From Gonapodya sp. JEL0774 (Eukaryota), in contig JADIIX010000013.1 of NCBI GenBank assembly GCA_027604505.1, forward strand, positions 186,001-250,000: a stretch of 64,000 nucleotides of DNA. The letters are read 5' to 3'. The position numbers and the translations under genes are program-made. Below the pieces are notes generated by a model. That model was not told where the DNA came from. It saw only the letters and a list, made by a program, of their open reading frames with translations, and did no database searches. Shown piece by piece: positions 36,974-50,006 of the stretch. Numbering within the stretch: position 1 is the first letter of the stretch; each line of letters starts with the position of its first letter.

Positions 36974-38739
36974 GCGTCGCGGTGTGCGGGGTTGATGTAA
37001 TATATGGAATGCGAAGGGAAAGGTCCAGTCACGTCGGTGAATAATACATACGCTGAGATCGGTCCTGTTTGCACCTTATCAATTAATGTATAAAATATAC
37101 GCAATCCGTATCAAGAAACAAATAGAGCTATTACCGCTGCAGTTTCAATCGGATTATCGGACTCCGCCAATTCTTTTTTTGACCTCGGGTCGTCAGAAGC
37201 CGGCGGACGGACACTGATACAGATGTCCGCGTCTAAGTGAGCACAGTATAACTGAACAACCTGTATAAATGAATACGATGCGCCAATCCCGACAGGGTTA
37301 ATTAGAAATTATTCAAAATTCTACAATAATGAATAATGAATACAGAATCTGAGCTGACGGGTATATGGTATCCCGTGATACGGAGAGCACCGGAACGTCC
37401 TTTTTTACGTTTTACAAGACATACATCGTGATCGCTGAACTAAATAATAGGCAAGGACGGGTTCTTTGTCATCCAATCGAACAAGTGCTGCATGATTGAG
37501 GGTGGATTGGATGGTTGGTAGAAAGGTTCACTGCACTAGTAACCAAGTCAAAATCAATGAAATTATGTATTCTCATACCACTTACTCCAATCCTTGGGTA
37601 CTTTTTGTCGTCTGAGTTGGTCTGAATAAAGGTCGCGACTCCATTACCACAACGCGCAGTTGACAGGTCCGTTCGCTTTACCATGGCCTCGCGGCAACCG
37701 AGAGGACAAGCACACAGCATTAGGTGCAATTACGTGGACTCAAATTGAGCTGCAAGCTCTAAAACAGAAGAAATTAGTTCAAAGTCATACAAGGCTTCAT
37801 GGCCTCGCGAGATGGTTATGGAGAATTACATAACTGCGAGAATGAATATCCTGTAGACTGATAATACAAGATCCCTGTCCCGACGGTATTCACTTAGAGA
37901 GGGACATCTGTAGAGTTATGAAAAATGAACGGGGCCTTGCTGGTAGTCTAGAAGCGGCTTTGAGATGAGACCGGTCATGATTCGGAACAGTTATACAAAA
38001 TACCGACTTCATAGAGGGCATCCCCAAATACACTAACAACTGAAAGCTTCCTCATCGCTCGCTCATAAACGAGACCACAATGAGGAAGGACTCTCTGGAG
38101 TGTAGGAGGGGAAATTATACGATGACTGCGCATTAGTGTCATCCCCTGCCGGTGCTACTAGGGCATATAGGCTAACGCTAGCCACCGCTGCTCAGGCATT
38201 TCTTCTAAAGATTATTGCATCAGATGATTTCGGCGGGAGCGTTTATTGTCTGTCTCGACGTGGTTTGTTTGCTTCGGACAGAAGTGCAACCCGAAAAACT
38301 CAAAACGAAAAAAATACTGAAGGATCGAGAACGCGAAAGTGGGGAATCTTCCAAGCCGCCAAAACTTGGTCACGGAACCGGGAGTTGAAACGAACGGAGA
38401 AGAGCGCACAAATCTGGTAAGTGGACCCTCTCTTGCGGAAACGGGGACGACATACTGGCGTTCCGAAGCGGCGGGGACGCCAGGAGAACCAAGAACGTTG
38501 GAGTCATGGACAGTACCCGTTCTCGTATGTCTTACCCGGTCTGTAGCCTTTCTCAGATCAAATCTCGGAATCTGCGGAGCTTTGGCGTTGAACGAATCGA
38601 ACAAAACCACCCCAGTCTGAGTCAAACGCTTGTTCCCTGACACCACCACGTTGCGTTCCTGCGTTCCTGCGCTCCCACATTTTGTGATTTGTGTGCGTAC
38701 AAGAGATTTTCCGAATAAGGTCACTTGTGCCTCGCAAGG

Positions 38740-41700
38740 ATGTCCAGAGTTGTACGATCCTCCCAGCTCCCGCTACTTGCACTGGCGGCAGCGGGAGCAA
38801 CGGCAGTCGCGGTTACAGTCTGGTTGATGTCGTCTCGCTCCTCAGCTCACTTAAAGAAGGTGTCACCGACCGGGGCCGGTGAACTTGCAAAGGACCGGCC
38901 TACAGTCTCGGAGTCATCTTCACCACCGGTTGCGACACCAGCTCAAGAGGGGAAGCCAAATCTCACCCCCAATCCTACAGCCGCAATGGCAGCAGAAAAT
39001 GACCGTCGTGGAGCTGCAGATTCGGGCTCGCACGTTATTCAGTTGGTACCCGTTGACCTTCCGTCGGAATCATCAAGTACTTCTGCAGACAACGATGTGT
39101 CTGCCGAGTTGGAACCGACAAAGGAGGCTCATACACAATTACCTCTCGACGACTCTCATCCGGACCCACTATCAGTCCATGCGCCGCAACCACGTCTTGA
39201 CCCTGTCACTGAAGAAGCACTCCCCGACGACTTATCACTGGTGATCAATCGTGGTCTCTCTGGAAACGAGCACGGCCCTCGTGACTCTGGTAGTTTAGTA
39301 GACACTCGTCGTGAATCTGCCTCACATGAGCCGGCTGCTGTCAGTTCGGAAGTACTTGTTGACTCTTTCTCCGATACTCTATTTTGGCGCCCGTCTGTGG
39401 CTTCATTTGACGACATTCTACCTCTCGAGGAGACATCATCCAAAACCATTGTGGCTGAGCCGCCCACTCCGCAAAGTACCATCGATTCACTCTCAGTATC
39501 ACCAGCGACTGCGGATCTGACACCCGCTGCCACAACCTCCATGTTTTCGTCGTCTTTCTCGGGTCGCTGGCGCGACACATCGGCACTCTCTCAGTCTGCC
39601 CGTGACGCTATCAAATCTTCCATGCCCTCTTCGGACGACCGTGTCGAACCCGCAGCGCTCTCCCAAGATACAATCTCCTCCCAAGATACCATCTCCACTT
39701 CTTCTTTCCCTTTTGCACTTACTCAAACCTCTCCTGTCCATGATCTTTCCCTCTCATTTAAGGTTGTTCCTGCACAAACATCCGTGGACTCCAGTGGAGC
39801 TGTTGGGGCCGATAACGGAGATTTGACAGCATATTGGCGAACTGCTGTTGCATCCGTCGAGTTTGTTGACGGCGATCAGGAGGACAAGGACTCATTCACT
39901 GACTCCCAGTATTGGAAATCTAACTTTCCTGAAATGTCAGTGGTGGATGATGCAGATGGTGGTCCTGTGGTGAAGGTCCTTCCTGTGGAGAGTGTTCCCG
40001 CTGCTGTTCCTGTCTCCACGGCATTTATTGTGGAGACCACACATCCCACCGATGATCCATCATCCCTTTCAGAGTCGACTAAGTGGCGCGACACATCCCG
40101 ACTCCAGAATGCCGCAAGAGCCTCTGTGATCGAATCCCGTGTAGCAGTCTCAAAGGATATCGACACGATGCCACCGGTAAACTCCGTCGGGTTAAATGAT
40201 GAACTTGCCTCACCGAAAACGCTCGCCAACGATGAGCTTGATAAATCTTTTCGACTTTCATCCCCGGACGCTGTCCCAAAACTAGCTGGGGCAGTGTGCG
40301 CACCCGGAGATGAACGTGAAATGTGTGACACGAGGTACTGGAGACAAGACTTGCTTATGGTTGAGGTGTTGGATGCTGTCGAAAATCTAGAGGAAAGACA
40401 GAGCGAAGTGGCAGTCGCGGAGATTGAATTGGACGGCGAGGTAAGTGTGAAACGACTGTGTTTGATTGTGAATGAAGATTAAAGTCTACTCGATTGCATC
40501 CATGTGTGTGACTCCCATTCCGTCTCATCATGCACTAAATTTGATGGATTGTTGTCCAATTGTACCGAATTCACTAATGTTTACTAACTCCGTCCTCCCT
40601 ATAAGCCTTCCGCTCCGCCTCTTTCTTCAGTCCTCTCCTCCACCGCTCCACCATCTGGCAGCGAAGTTATCGCTCCGTCCGATCCATTCGACTCTTTGGC
40701 TCCGAGCGAACCCACCACTATTGTCGCCGTTGAGCCCTCCGTGCTGGATGATGTTGTTCCACAGGCGTTAGTCGTGGACGAGCCTTCTGTACCGCCTGAG
40801 GAAGCGGACCTGAAGAGTGCATCAGAGTGGGGTCCGGTTGGTACTGTGTGGGACGTCAAGGGTCCCCCTCACACTCCAGAGGACTACATAAATGTGGTTG
40901 AAGTCAGCTCAGCAACCACGGATGAGATTGGAAGCGCTACTGCGCTGGTGGCGGATGTTCGCAGACAGAGAGCTCCCATGGCGCTGGCTGCAGCAGAAGG
41001 TCGAGGCCCGCAGGAGATTGAAGAAGCAATCACATTGTCAGGAGCCCAACGAAATGCGGAAGACAAGCCACAGAATGACGTTCAGGTCAACGGAGGCGGG
41101 GCATTTAGTAAAGAAGAGACACTGGTCAACCAGAAACATTCAATGGTTTTGGTCGATGGAGATGGTTTGGACGAGCAATTGATTGCGAAGCAGGCTGTTT
41201 CTTTGACAGATTCTGACATCTCTGCAAAACGTGAGTACAGGGGTTCTATTACTATTTCATACATCTAAAAGCCTTCCACATGACAAACACGTCCGGCAAA
41301 CTTTTAGCGACTACATCCGACTTGAAATCTGGTGACACAAGCAGTGCCCTGACGTCCGCAGCAGTTACTCTTAAATCTAAAAAGCCCATCTCATTCGAAG
41401 ATCTTCTGACCGTACCAGAGTTTAACCCGGACGCAGCCGAATTTGTTCCTAGTGCCCCCTCTAATACTGCTCAGGCTACCTCTCCGCTCTCCCCGACAGC
41501 GCCGTCGTTTTCACTCGCTGCGGCAGCTTTCACACCGACCGCGCGTTCCGCAGCGTCGTCCGCACTGTCACCCGTTGCACAGAGTATTTCGGCTGCGACA
41601 CCCACTATTACAACGTCTCTTCCGTTGCTCTCCCCTGTTGCTGCACCCTTCTCCCCCTCTGCTCCAGCCTTTTCTCCTGCCGCTCAGACCTTTTCGCCTA

Positions 41701-43036
41701 ATGCTCCAGCCTTCTCACCCACTGCGCCTTCGTTCACTCCATCAGCACCGTCATTCTCCCCCGCTGCGCCTTCTTTCCAGCCCACCGCCGGCGCGTCGAT
41801 TCCTTATGCTGTTGCTGCTGGAGTTGCGTACACCGGCATGGACGGATACGGTTACGACTCAAGTTCAGCATTAGGGGTTGGAGCGGTACAGATGATGGAT
41901 GAAACAGACGAAGTGTTTGGAGACGAGGCATACGGAGGTCCAGGCGTCTTCGCAACTGCTGATGGTGAGATTCATGACTCAGAATGGTCTGAAGCTTCGA
42001 GGTCAGAATTCTCACCATTTCCGTGGTTTCCTGAATGCAGACGGTTTGGGTGTTCCTCCTTTCAACCCGTCTACCACTATACCTGCCCAATGGTCAACGT
42101 ATGGTAGCTATCGAGGTTTGGACACTTCACCACAGTTCGACACGGAACCGAGTTACGGCATATCGCACTACGGGCAGTCTCAGGCCGCACCTTACATGAC
42201 GCACAACAGATCGTCTTCGTACACAACCAGGCAACCAAGGCACGCGCATACCCATTCCGGCAGCAACGGGTTCGGCCTCGCGCAGGGAGGTTTGGTCTCT
42301 GCGGATCAACTTACTCAGCAGCAGGGATATGGAACCGATTCTTACCCACGACGCGGCGGACGCGGGCGAGGTGGTTTCAACGGTGCACCCCTGATGCACA
42401 ACGGGTCTGCTAATGGAAACGGGTTTCATGCAGGCGCAGGGCATCCCGGTGCGAGTGACTCGTCCAACGGAAGTTCTTATTCTGTACGAAGGGCCAAGAC
42501 TCTCCCACACGGGGAACACCAGCAATGGGAAAGAATCGACCGCTCCGCCGAAGCTGGTCCACAAGGTACACTCAGAAGAGTAGATCGACGAAGGACCGAC
42601 GATATCGGGGACGAACTTGCTCAGGTGAATGGCGGAGAGTCGGAACTCAGTCTTTCAGGGCAGTTTGGACCACGGCGTGGTGGACGAGGTGGGGGTCGCG
42701 GAAGGGGCAGGGAAGAGCCGCACCTTGTCACTATCAGTGACTTCATCGACGCTCAATTATCAGGTAAAAGCAAAAAGTCAAAGGGAGTCAAGTCCGAGAA
42801 CAAGGTTGATACAGTCGTGGAGTCATCCGCAGTGGAGGTGGTTCTTGATGGGGACAAGCCAGGTCTACCTGGGACTTCGAAGGCCGTATCTGGTACGACA
42901 AAACCAATGTGTGTTTTTGGGAAAAGTAAGTTTGCTGAAACGTGTTTGCTATGTTCGATTCTTCTCATTCGTGTTGTGTCGACTGTCAGACTGTCTCAAT
43001 AAGAAAACTTGCAGCATGATGCACCCTCCTGAATAG
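38740..43036 (+). CDS. Large low-complexity protein: N-terminal TM anchor, Trp-motif repeats, PAM2 motif, RGG boxes, C-terminal CCCH zinc finger
   Basis: Consecutive plus-strand ORFs are linked by apparent GT-AG introns (donors near 40441, 41232, 41987 and 42926). Motifs include LLALAAAGATAVAVTVWLM, EFNPDAAEFVPS, RRGGRGRGG and spliced KPMCVFGKNCLNKKTCSMMH. Confidence 0.75.
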
Positions 43037-43614
43037 AATTTTTCGAATGGATACCTCAAAATCTTTGGATTAGTGAATTACTCATCAGAGTTCTTCTTTG
43101 CGTGACCGTGCCGTCGCGTGGCCGTGATTTCTGCAAGTAAACTTGGTCAAAGTATAACTTTACAATAATAATAATAGGACGATTTTCACAAAAAGTGCGT
43201 CTTTGCAAGATATATATACATCGTACACTTTGTTGCGATACTTCTGTATGCATGAATGACAGCCTGGGATTTATCGTCGGTCTCCATCAACCCGAATGGG
43301 AAAACTTTCAAAGCAGGCGGGATGCGCATCTCCTGCTCCTCTCTCCTACTTTGAACTTCATTATGAATTGCTCTCGCCACTCGCTGATTATGTACATACA
43401 TTGGTCCCATACTACATCTCTGCCACATTCGATTGTTTCCGGAGAAGTTGGTCGTTCCTCCCACAAAACATCGCAACACATCGGCCACATCAAAAATGAG
43501 ATTTGTTTCATGAGAGTATGTAATTACATTTTTAAAACGAGAGGGAGGAGCAAAAGGGAGCATGATCACATGTACACTTATTCGACTCGGCATCAATCAA
43601 AGGACCCAATACGA

Positions 43615-45362
43615 TTACGGAGCCCAATTCCCAGGCGGATACTGCTGGTCCTGCATTCCAGCCGTCTGATAATACCGCGGGGACGACGAGAATGGTCGTC
43701 CTTGCATAATAGGTGGCTCCACGGCCGAATAGACACCGTTACCATTAATGTTCATCATAAGTTCTAGGGATTGCCGGTTGCTGGGAAGAGGAGGATAACA
43801 TCCCACATCCGGCATTGAGGTGGTACGCGAGGGCTGAAGGGGCATCGCGGGAGAGGGCGGGCCCCCGTGCGAATGAGGTGGCGAAGCGTGAGGGGAGGTT
43901 TGAGGACCAGGGGGTCCAACCGGAAGGAAAGGACCGCTCCTGGAATAGCTAGTCGGGTACGGCCCTATATCTCCGTTCCGACTATACACAGCAACATCTG
44001 GGTGTGACAACGGCGGGGCAGTGGATCGACTCTGTCCACCTGCCGTGAACCCGGATGGATAATGAGGAATAGCCAGCTTGGTTTCTCCTAAAGGGAAAAG
44101 CATTTGAGTTGAGTGGTTCTTGACCATAGTGGGGAACGCCTAGTCAAATCAGAACTGAAATTCGATCCAGCTTACCGTTGTAGCCATAATTTGCGGACAC
44201 CAGAGTAGGAGATGGATGAACAGGAGAGTAAGTATCCGTTGAACCATTAGCCTGCATTGAAGGGTGGCTATTGACAGGAACATTCGATGGAACATTCGGG
44301 AAAGTCACAGGCCATGAGGCTCGGTTCTCAGTCGGTTCGAAAAACCAGTATGAAGATGCGATTTGTGGGCTCCCAACATTGGGGGCATGACTTTGGACCG
44401 GGAGAGACACTGTCGGGGTTTCATACAAGCGACAACATTGTTCGAATTTAGTGGACCCGACTTTGAAAGTCTGATACTCACTATGTCTCTGATAGAGACC
44501 GTCGCTCCTTCCAGCGAAATCCATTTGTGCTCCGAAATTTTGCTCGTGATGGGGAGTGTGGGGAGCAAGCAGTCCTCGCGGTACAGCATTGGGGTTGCCA
44601 CCCGATGTTTGATGGAGTCCATCTTCTGAGGGTGATGATAAGCTTGATGACTCCGGGTCTGGAGACGTACGAGTTTCTTCGATATTCGTGACCGATTGGG
44701 GACTAATAGGTGATTGAGCGTTGGTGGCGCTGTTCCCTAACCGAACCGGAGGCGATGAACGGGTTCGCGGTCGTCGCTCCCGTGGAGGGAGGTCAGTGCT
44801 GGGGTGGTAAGACCTGCCGAAGAGCTCACAAAACTATATTTCATTTGCATAAATTTTTTTTAAACTCACTGAACATGTCGAGCCAAATTATCTTGATTTG
44901 GACGAGAGGAGAAGGATACAGGAACGATGTTCAGGTTTCGCTGCCACAGGTTCCACTGTGAGGAGCACCGTGGTGGCACTCACCATGCCTCATGAATGGA
45001 CGTGCACATACGGGGCAGACATATTCTTTAACACCAAGGTGCAGCCGCTCGTGTCTTGGTTGGTCAGAATCAGATCCGAGAAAGTGGAGATGAGGTAAGA
45101 GGGAGACACTCCGATAAGAAATGCTTTTCCACCAAGACCAGCTGCCATCTGAAATACTCCAGAACAAGCGGTCTAGGAGTAATTTCCGCGGACTTGATAG
45201 CGCTTGCACCGCCGAATGTGTGGGTGCTTGAACATTGGCAAATCATCCCCTTGATTGCGGTTCTTCGCCGGTGGAAAGGCAGCATCCTGTACAAACTTAC
45301 CTGCGAAGATTCCCTGTTCTTTGAAACACAGCTCCACAAGTATTGCAAACATAGTTGTTCAT
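43615..45362 (-). CDS. C2H2 zinc-finger transcription factor, multi-exon; middle finger not cleanly reconstructable
   Basis: MNNYVCNTCGAVFQRTGNLR.. and RHERLHLGVKEYVCPVCARPFMRH|DNLARHV, then a Pro/Ser-rich C-terminus. Confidence 0.75.
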
Positions 45363-45960
45363 TCTTACCGGATGGTCAAATAGCAGGTGAGGCACTTGCA
45401 AGGGTCGTCCACAAGGACAGCCTGCGGGTTTGTTTCCGCTTTCTCCCTCTCCCTTTTAGTTTTGCTATATTTCCCTCGCCCTTCCCTTATTCTAGACTTC
45501 TTCCGGTTTTCTGACTTCTTCCACGCCACTCTCGCTTTAGTGGAGATGGACGCCTTATTTGAGTGTAAATTAAGTAATTCTGTGTCGCCAGTCGCGAAGG
45601 TTCAAACCCCACACAGGACGAGCTCGTAGTCTGATGTTATTGCATGTACACATTGAAGAGCATAAAGGGTGGAAATGTGCAGTCCTGGTTCAGAGTCATT
45701 GGATAATCTGTTCAATGTCGATTACACACATAAACGTTATTGTGATATTCCAGCACCTCCTCAATGCGTTGCCAGTCACTCACCAGCCTCGCTCATATTT
45801 GCAAATGTATGTATTTGTTGCCTGCGCATTGAGGGAGGGATCAGGACAGAGGAACGCCACCCCTGCATGACGTCAACACTTGGTCTCCACGGGTGACTCC
45901 GATGAAATTATCTCGGTCTCTCTTTCTCACAGGCAGCAGACAAACTAATGACACGGGGCT

Positions 45961-48186
45961 TCACAATTTAATCTGTGCCGCACTGACGGACGTTTTCAAA
46001 TTAATCAACTGAGGATCGACGACCATTACCATGCGCCCCGTAAATTTGCCACTCCGCATCCTGTCCCACGCAGAGTTGATATCCTCCATAGAAAAAGTTT
46101 CAACAATGGGTTTCACCAACCCGCTCGCCACCAACTTGTAGGCTTCCTCAAGGTCAGCTCGCTTTTGAATGTTTGTTGTTAATTTGAAATCTGATAAAAC
46201 TTATCGCCACAACACACTCACATTTCCAAGCATCGAGCCAGTTATCTGCAATGCCTTGAACACCACAATTTTAGGGAGAATTTGAATCGGGCTATGTGAA
46301 GTTCCCAACGAATGCGAGCATCGGTTAATAATAATCCGGCAAACGAACATTTTCATTTATCTAACACACTTTGAGGGTAGACTTATCCAAACGCAGGTAG
46401 CATTCATTTTGGAAATCTTGATGGATGTTGCGAAAGCCGACTCGTGCACTTCGCATGAAAGAGAAACTGGTGAGTGCCACACCGCGACTTTAATTGAGCA
46501 ATCAGGTTTAACAAACCCGCTGTTACGATAACACCCATGCAACCGCCACCTGTAAATCTCATCACTTCTGATGCCAATTTCGGGTCAGCTGCATTGAAAA
46601 CTTTACGAGCACCGAGTTTCAGGGCTAGGTCGAGTTTGTCTTGAGCAACGTCAATGCCAATCACGAGATATCCGAGAGCTCGCGCATATTGCTAAATGTA
46701 AAGGCATGATGTCGCAACAGATATCAACCGAAGAAGGGTGGCGTGAATTGGTCAAGAAATGAGGAAAGTCGTTTGAAACCAACAGCTGAGAGAGCACTCA
46801 CAATGGCCAGGTGACCCAAGCCACCGATACCTTCAAGGGACTTTGTAAGCATACTCCCTGGTTATGCGCGTAAAACTATGTCAGCTTACCCTTATCACGA
46901 AGGAAAGTACGGGCCATCAAGATATGAGATCTCGGAGATTTTGCGAAAATTGGGGAACACAAATACCAACGATCACTGCGACGTAGCTTCCTGGCTTTTG
47001 CTTGATAGATCGAACTGCTGAGTACACTGTGTGTCCTGCACATGCTACCGGCGCGGCCTCCGTAAAGGGTATTCCGTCAGGGATCTTGGTGCACTGTGAG
47101 AGAAAACAACGGTGAAACAGGCACTCAAAAGCAATGAAAAGGACCGGCACATACGTAAAATGCGGAAATCTTCTGGTACTGACAATAGCAACCATCGGAC
47201 ATGCCACCAGTTTGAACGTACTAGACAGGAGGGTTACGCCCTTTACTTAAGAATGCTGGGCGCATACCCCAACCAAACGTGTATACCTTTTTGCAATGGT
47301 GGTCTCGTCCTTCTTGACATTCGGTACAAGCGTTGCAAGCCGAGTTCCTGCATGGTGTGGCAATGAGTCTTAAAACTCTGTCTGTCACATGAGCAAAGGT
47401 GCCACTCACACATTGCCAATCGCGACTCGTTCTCCGATTTTCAGATTTTTGACATTCCCACCAATTTTGCATACTACTCCAACTCCTTCGTGGCCCAGAA
47501 TGATCTGCAGATGGCGGTAATTTTGGTGGGTGTCGCAATACATACTTCCATCACGTCAAAATCCACGTCAAGAGCTCACGGGTGTTCGGTTCATCGCCGC
47601 CATTTCACCGTCTGCAATGCTGCATGAAAGAATTTAAATCGACGGGGCGCCATTATGTGGAGTAAGATCGCCGGAATTGTAAGAGTTAACATAGACTCGC
47701 TATCCAAAGGCTTTCAAGAAGTTCGCATCATTGGGAAAGTGCTCACTGAAGGTCGGAGTGGCTAAATCATAAACCATTACAATCAACTTCGATAGAGTGC
47801 CACATAATGCGCTGCAGCACTCACCAAACTCCACTTGCTACAATCTTGACCAGTACTTCATCCGCATTAATCTCAGGAACGGTAACTTCCTTGAGAACCA
47901 GCGGCGACTTGTGCTGAACAACCACTGCTGCCTTCACTATAGTTCGGAAACGACGAAAGATGGTTTATGCGGGGGGATGGATACAAGAAACGATAACACA
48001 CAGAGAGGGTAAAACAGAAGTCGAAATTCACGAACGGGCTCCTGATTCCGCCAGATTCGCGATTCACGGTGGTGATATACCCATTTCACATCGAACAGAA
48101 GGAACTATCCTCGGATCACCAAAACCCTGTGTACCACTCCAATCGCTTTCAACCAACGTACTTGTTTTGGGAACTACCAGAGCCAT
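45961..48186 (-). CDS. Zinc-dependent medium-chain alcohol dehydrogenase, many introns
   Basis: MALVVPKT|MKAAVV..LVKIVASGVC|HSDLH..ILGHEGVG; structural Zn site CNACTECQEGRDHHC; AAPVACAGHTVYSA; GIGGLGHLA; GKFTGRMV. Confidence 0.92.
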
Positions 48187-48327
48187 TGCAACGCTGATGC
48201 TGGGGTTGGTATGGATCAGGATTGTATTTGCGGGAATGCGGCACTACATGGAGCCGCCACCACATACTTTTAATACTTTGTAGAAAACTTTGTTTCCACG
48301 CACGATAGAAATAAATGAGAAGATCCG

Positions 48328-50006
48328 TCAACCTTTCTCTCCTGACTCGGTTCCCGCGGCCATGATCGCTAATATTTCTGATTCCATTTGCCGCGATGCA
48401 GCAGCCTGAGGTCTCGCTTTGAGCTTCTTCTTACGGTCTGCCGTTCGCGCGTCAATCAGTAGTCTCCACAATTCTATATAGAACGCCTTGGCACGTTTCT
48501 CCGTTATTCCTTTACAGCGAAGACACCGCTCTAGGAATTCACCCTCCGGAATTCGGAGAATTTGCCGCCCGGATTCGGTTGGACATAGAATTTCCGGATC
48601 CACAGGACTTATTGCTACCCATTTACGGAGATACGCGTTGTCCCAAGTGGCTGGGTTTTTTGCATTGAACTCCATGTGGAACCTTGCTTTTGGGATCGGG
48701 ACACGGAGAGGTTCGATATACCGGAGCGTGTTAAGTGTTGCGGAAGTATCGAACACGCTAGGGGGTGGAACACATTAGCGAAATTCACTGCGGAAAGTAC
48801 GATTTAATCAACTCTCACCTTGGTGAAACACACGCAAACACAACCGTTCCACAGCGCCTCCGTGATTCCAGTTCAAATACGTCCTTCAGAAGGAGAGTGA
48901 GACGATTCAGGCGATAGGGTATATGAACGTGCTTGTCTGGAGAGAGGGCAGCCATTGCACGGTTCCGGATACAGTCCTTGAGCGCCGACAGGCTCTTGTT
49001 AATCTCCTTCGTTTCTGCAAGGCGCTCCTTAGTGTGCTCGGCTACATCTGCAGAGTACTCAGATCCCGCCAGGTCTACCAGATACAGCAATCCGTCCTCC
49101 GATTCGGGAACACGCTGATTAACAATCCTCAGACGGTGAACCGCGTGCGATCTGGATGACGTGTCATTCTTGAGAGTGCTTTCAGTCCTGCGAAGGAGTG
49201 ACGCTTGCTCCACGAACTGCTGAAGCTCACTCGCATTGGTGACTTCCGTTTCTTTCGTTCCGACAACTTGAACCGATCCGAACTTGTCCTCTGCAATTTG
49301 AACTGATTGGCGCTCGGCCAATAAATCATACGTGTTGGGTCCAAAAATTTCAAAAGCGCTGTAATGAATAGAAAAATCGGCATTATCTGGGATTGGCGTC
49401 GACGGATCTTGACGGCGACGGTAGCTACGAGCGACCTCGAAAACGTCCCGGGCAACGTTTTGGGACATGGCTAAGAAGCCCAAATGGTTGCATGGAAGAA
49501 ATCAATCGTAAGAACGTACAACTGCCCTCACCAGCCATGGTGTAAGTCTTGCCGCTACCTGTCTGCCCATATGCAAGAACCGTTCCAACACCCCCACCCA
49601 GAGCGAGCTCAACGATACCGCTTAGCGCGTTTTGATAGACTTCCTCATTGGTTCTCTCGGGCTCAAACGCCAGATCAACTTCAAAGCTGCTTGTCCGGAT
49701 TGCCCCAGGCCCACGATGGCTGCTCGCCACTGGTACGTGGACGTGCACCTGTGGATGTCGTACGTCCACAACCTGGAAGCAGCCACGGGCAAGCTCGTTG
49801 GGTAGAAGGGGTCTGACACGTACACAAACGACTGTGTCAGTTTCCGTGGTACTGTCCTGACCCACGAGACCTGTGCCCTCATTCAAAGCTGATGGCAGAG
49901 GTTTGGCAGGCGAAAGAGAAAAGGAAGAGCGAGAAATGGAGTTGAGGATGAACTCGCGGTTTTCCAGGACGGATATTTGGATTGGGGAATTCTGGACAGT
50001 CTGCAT
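48328..50006 (-). CDS. Kinesin motor protein with a short C-terminal helical domain
   Basis: VCVRVRPL, AYGQTGSGKTYTM (P-loop), NDTSSRSHA (switch I), LVDLAGSE (switch II), INKSLSAL, HIPYRLNRLTLLLKD and TLNTLRY. Confidence 0.93.

Noticed and set aside
37000..38720. Short ORFs between the cyclin-like and PAM2 genes
   Set aside because: No motifs or coherent splicing; treated as intergenic.
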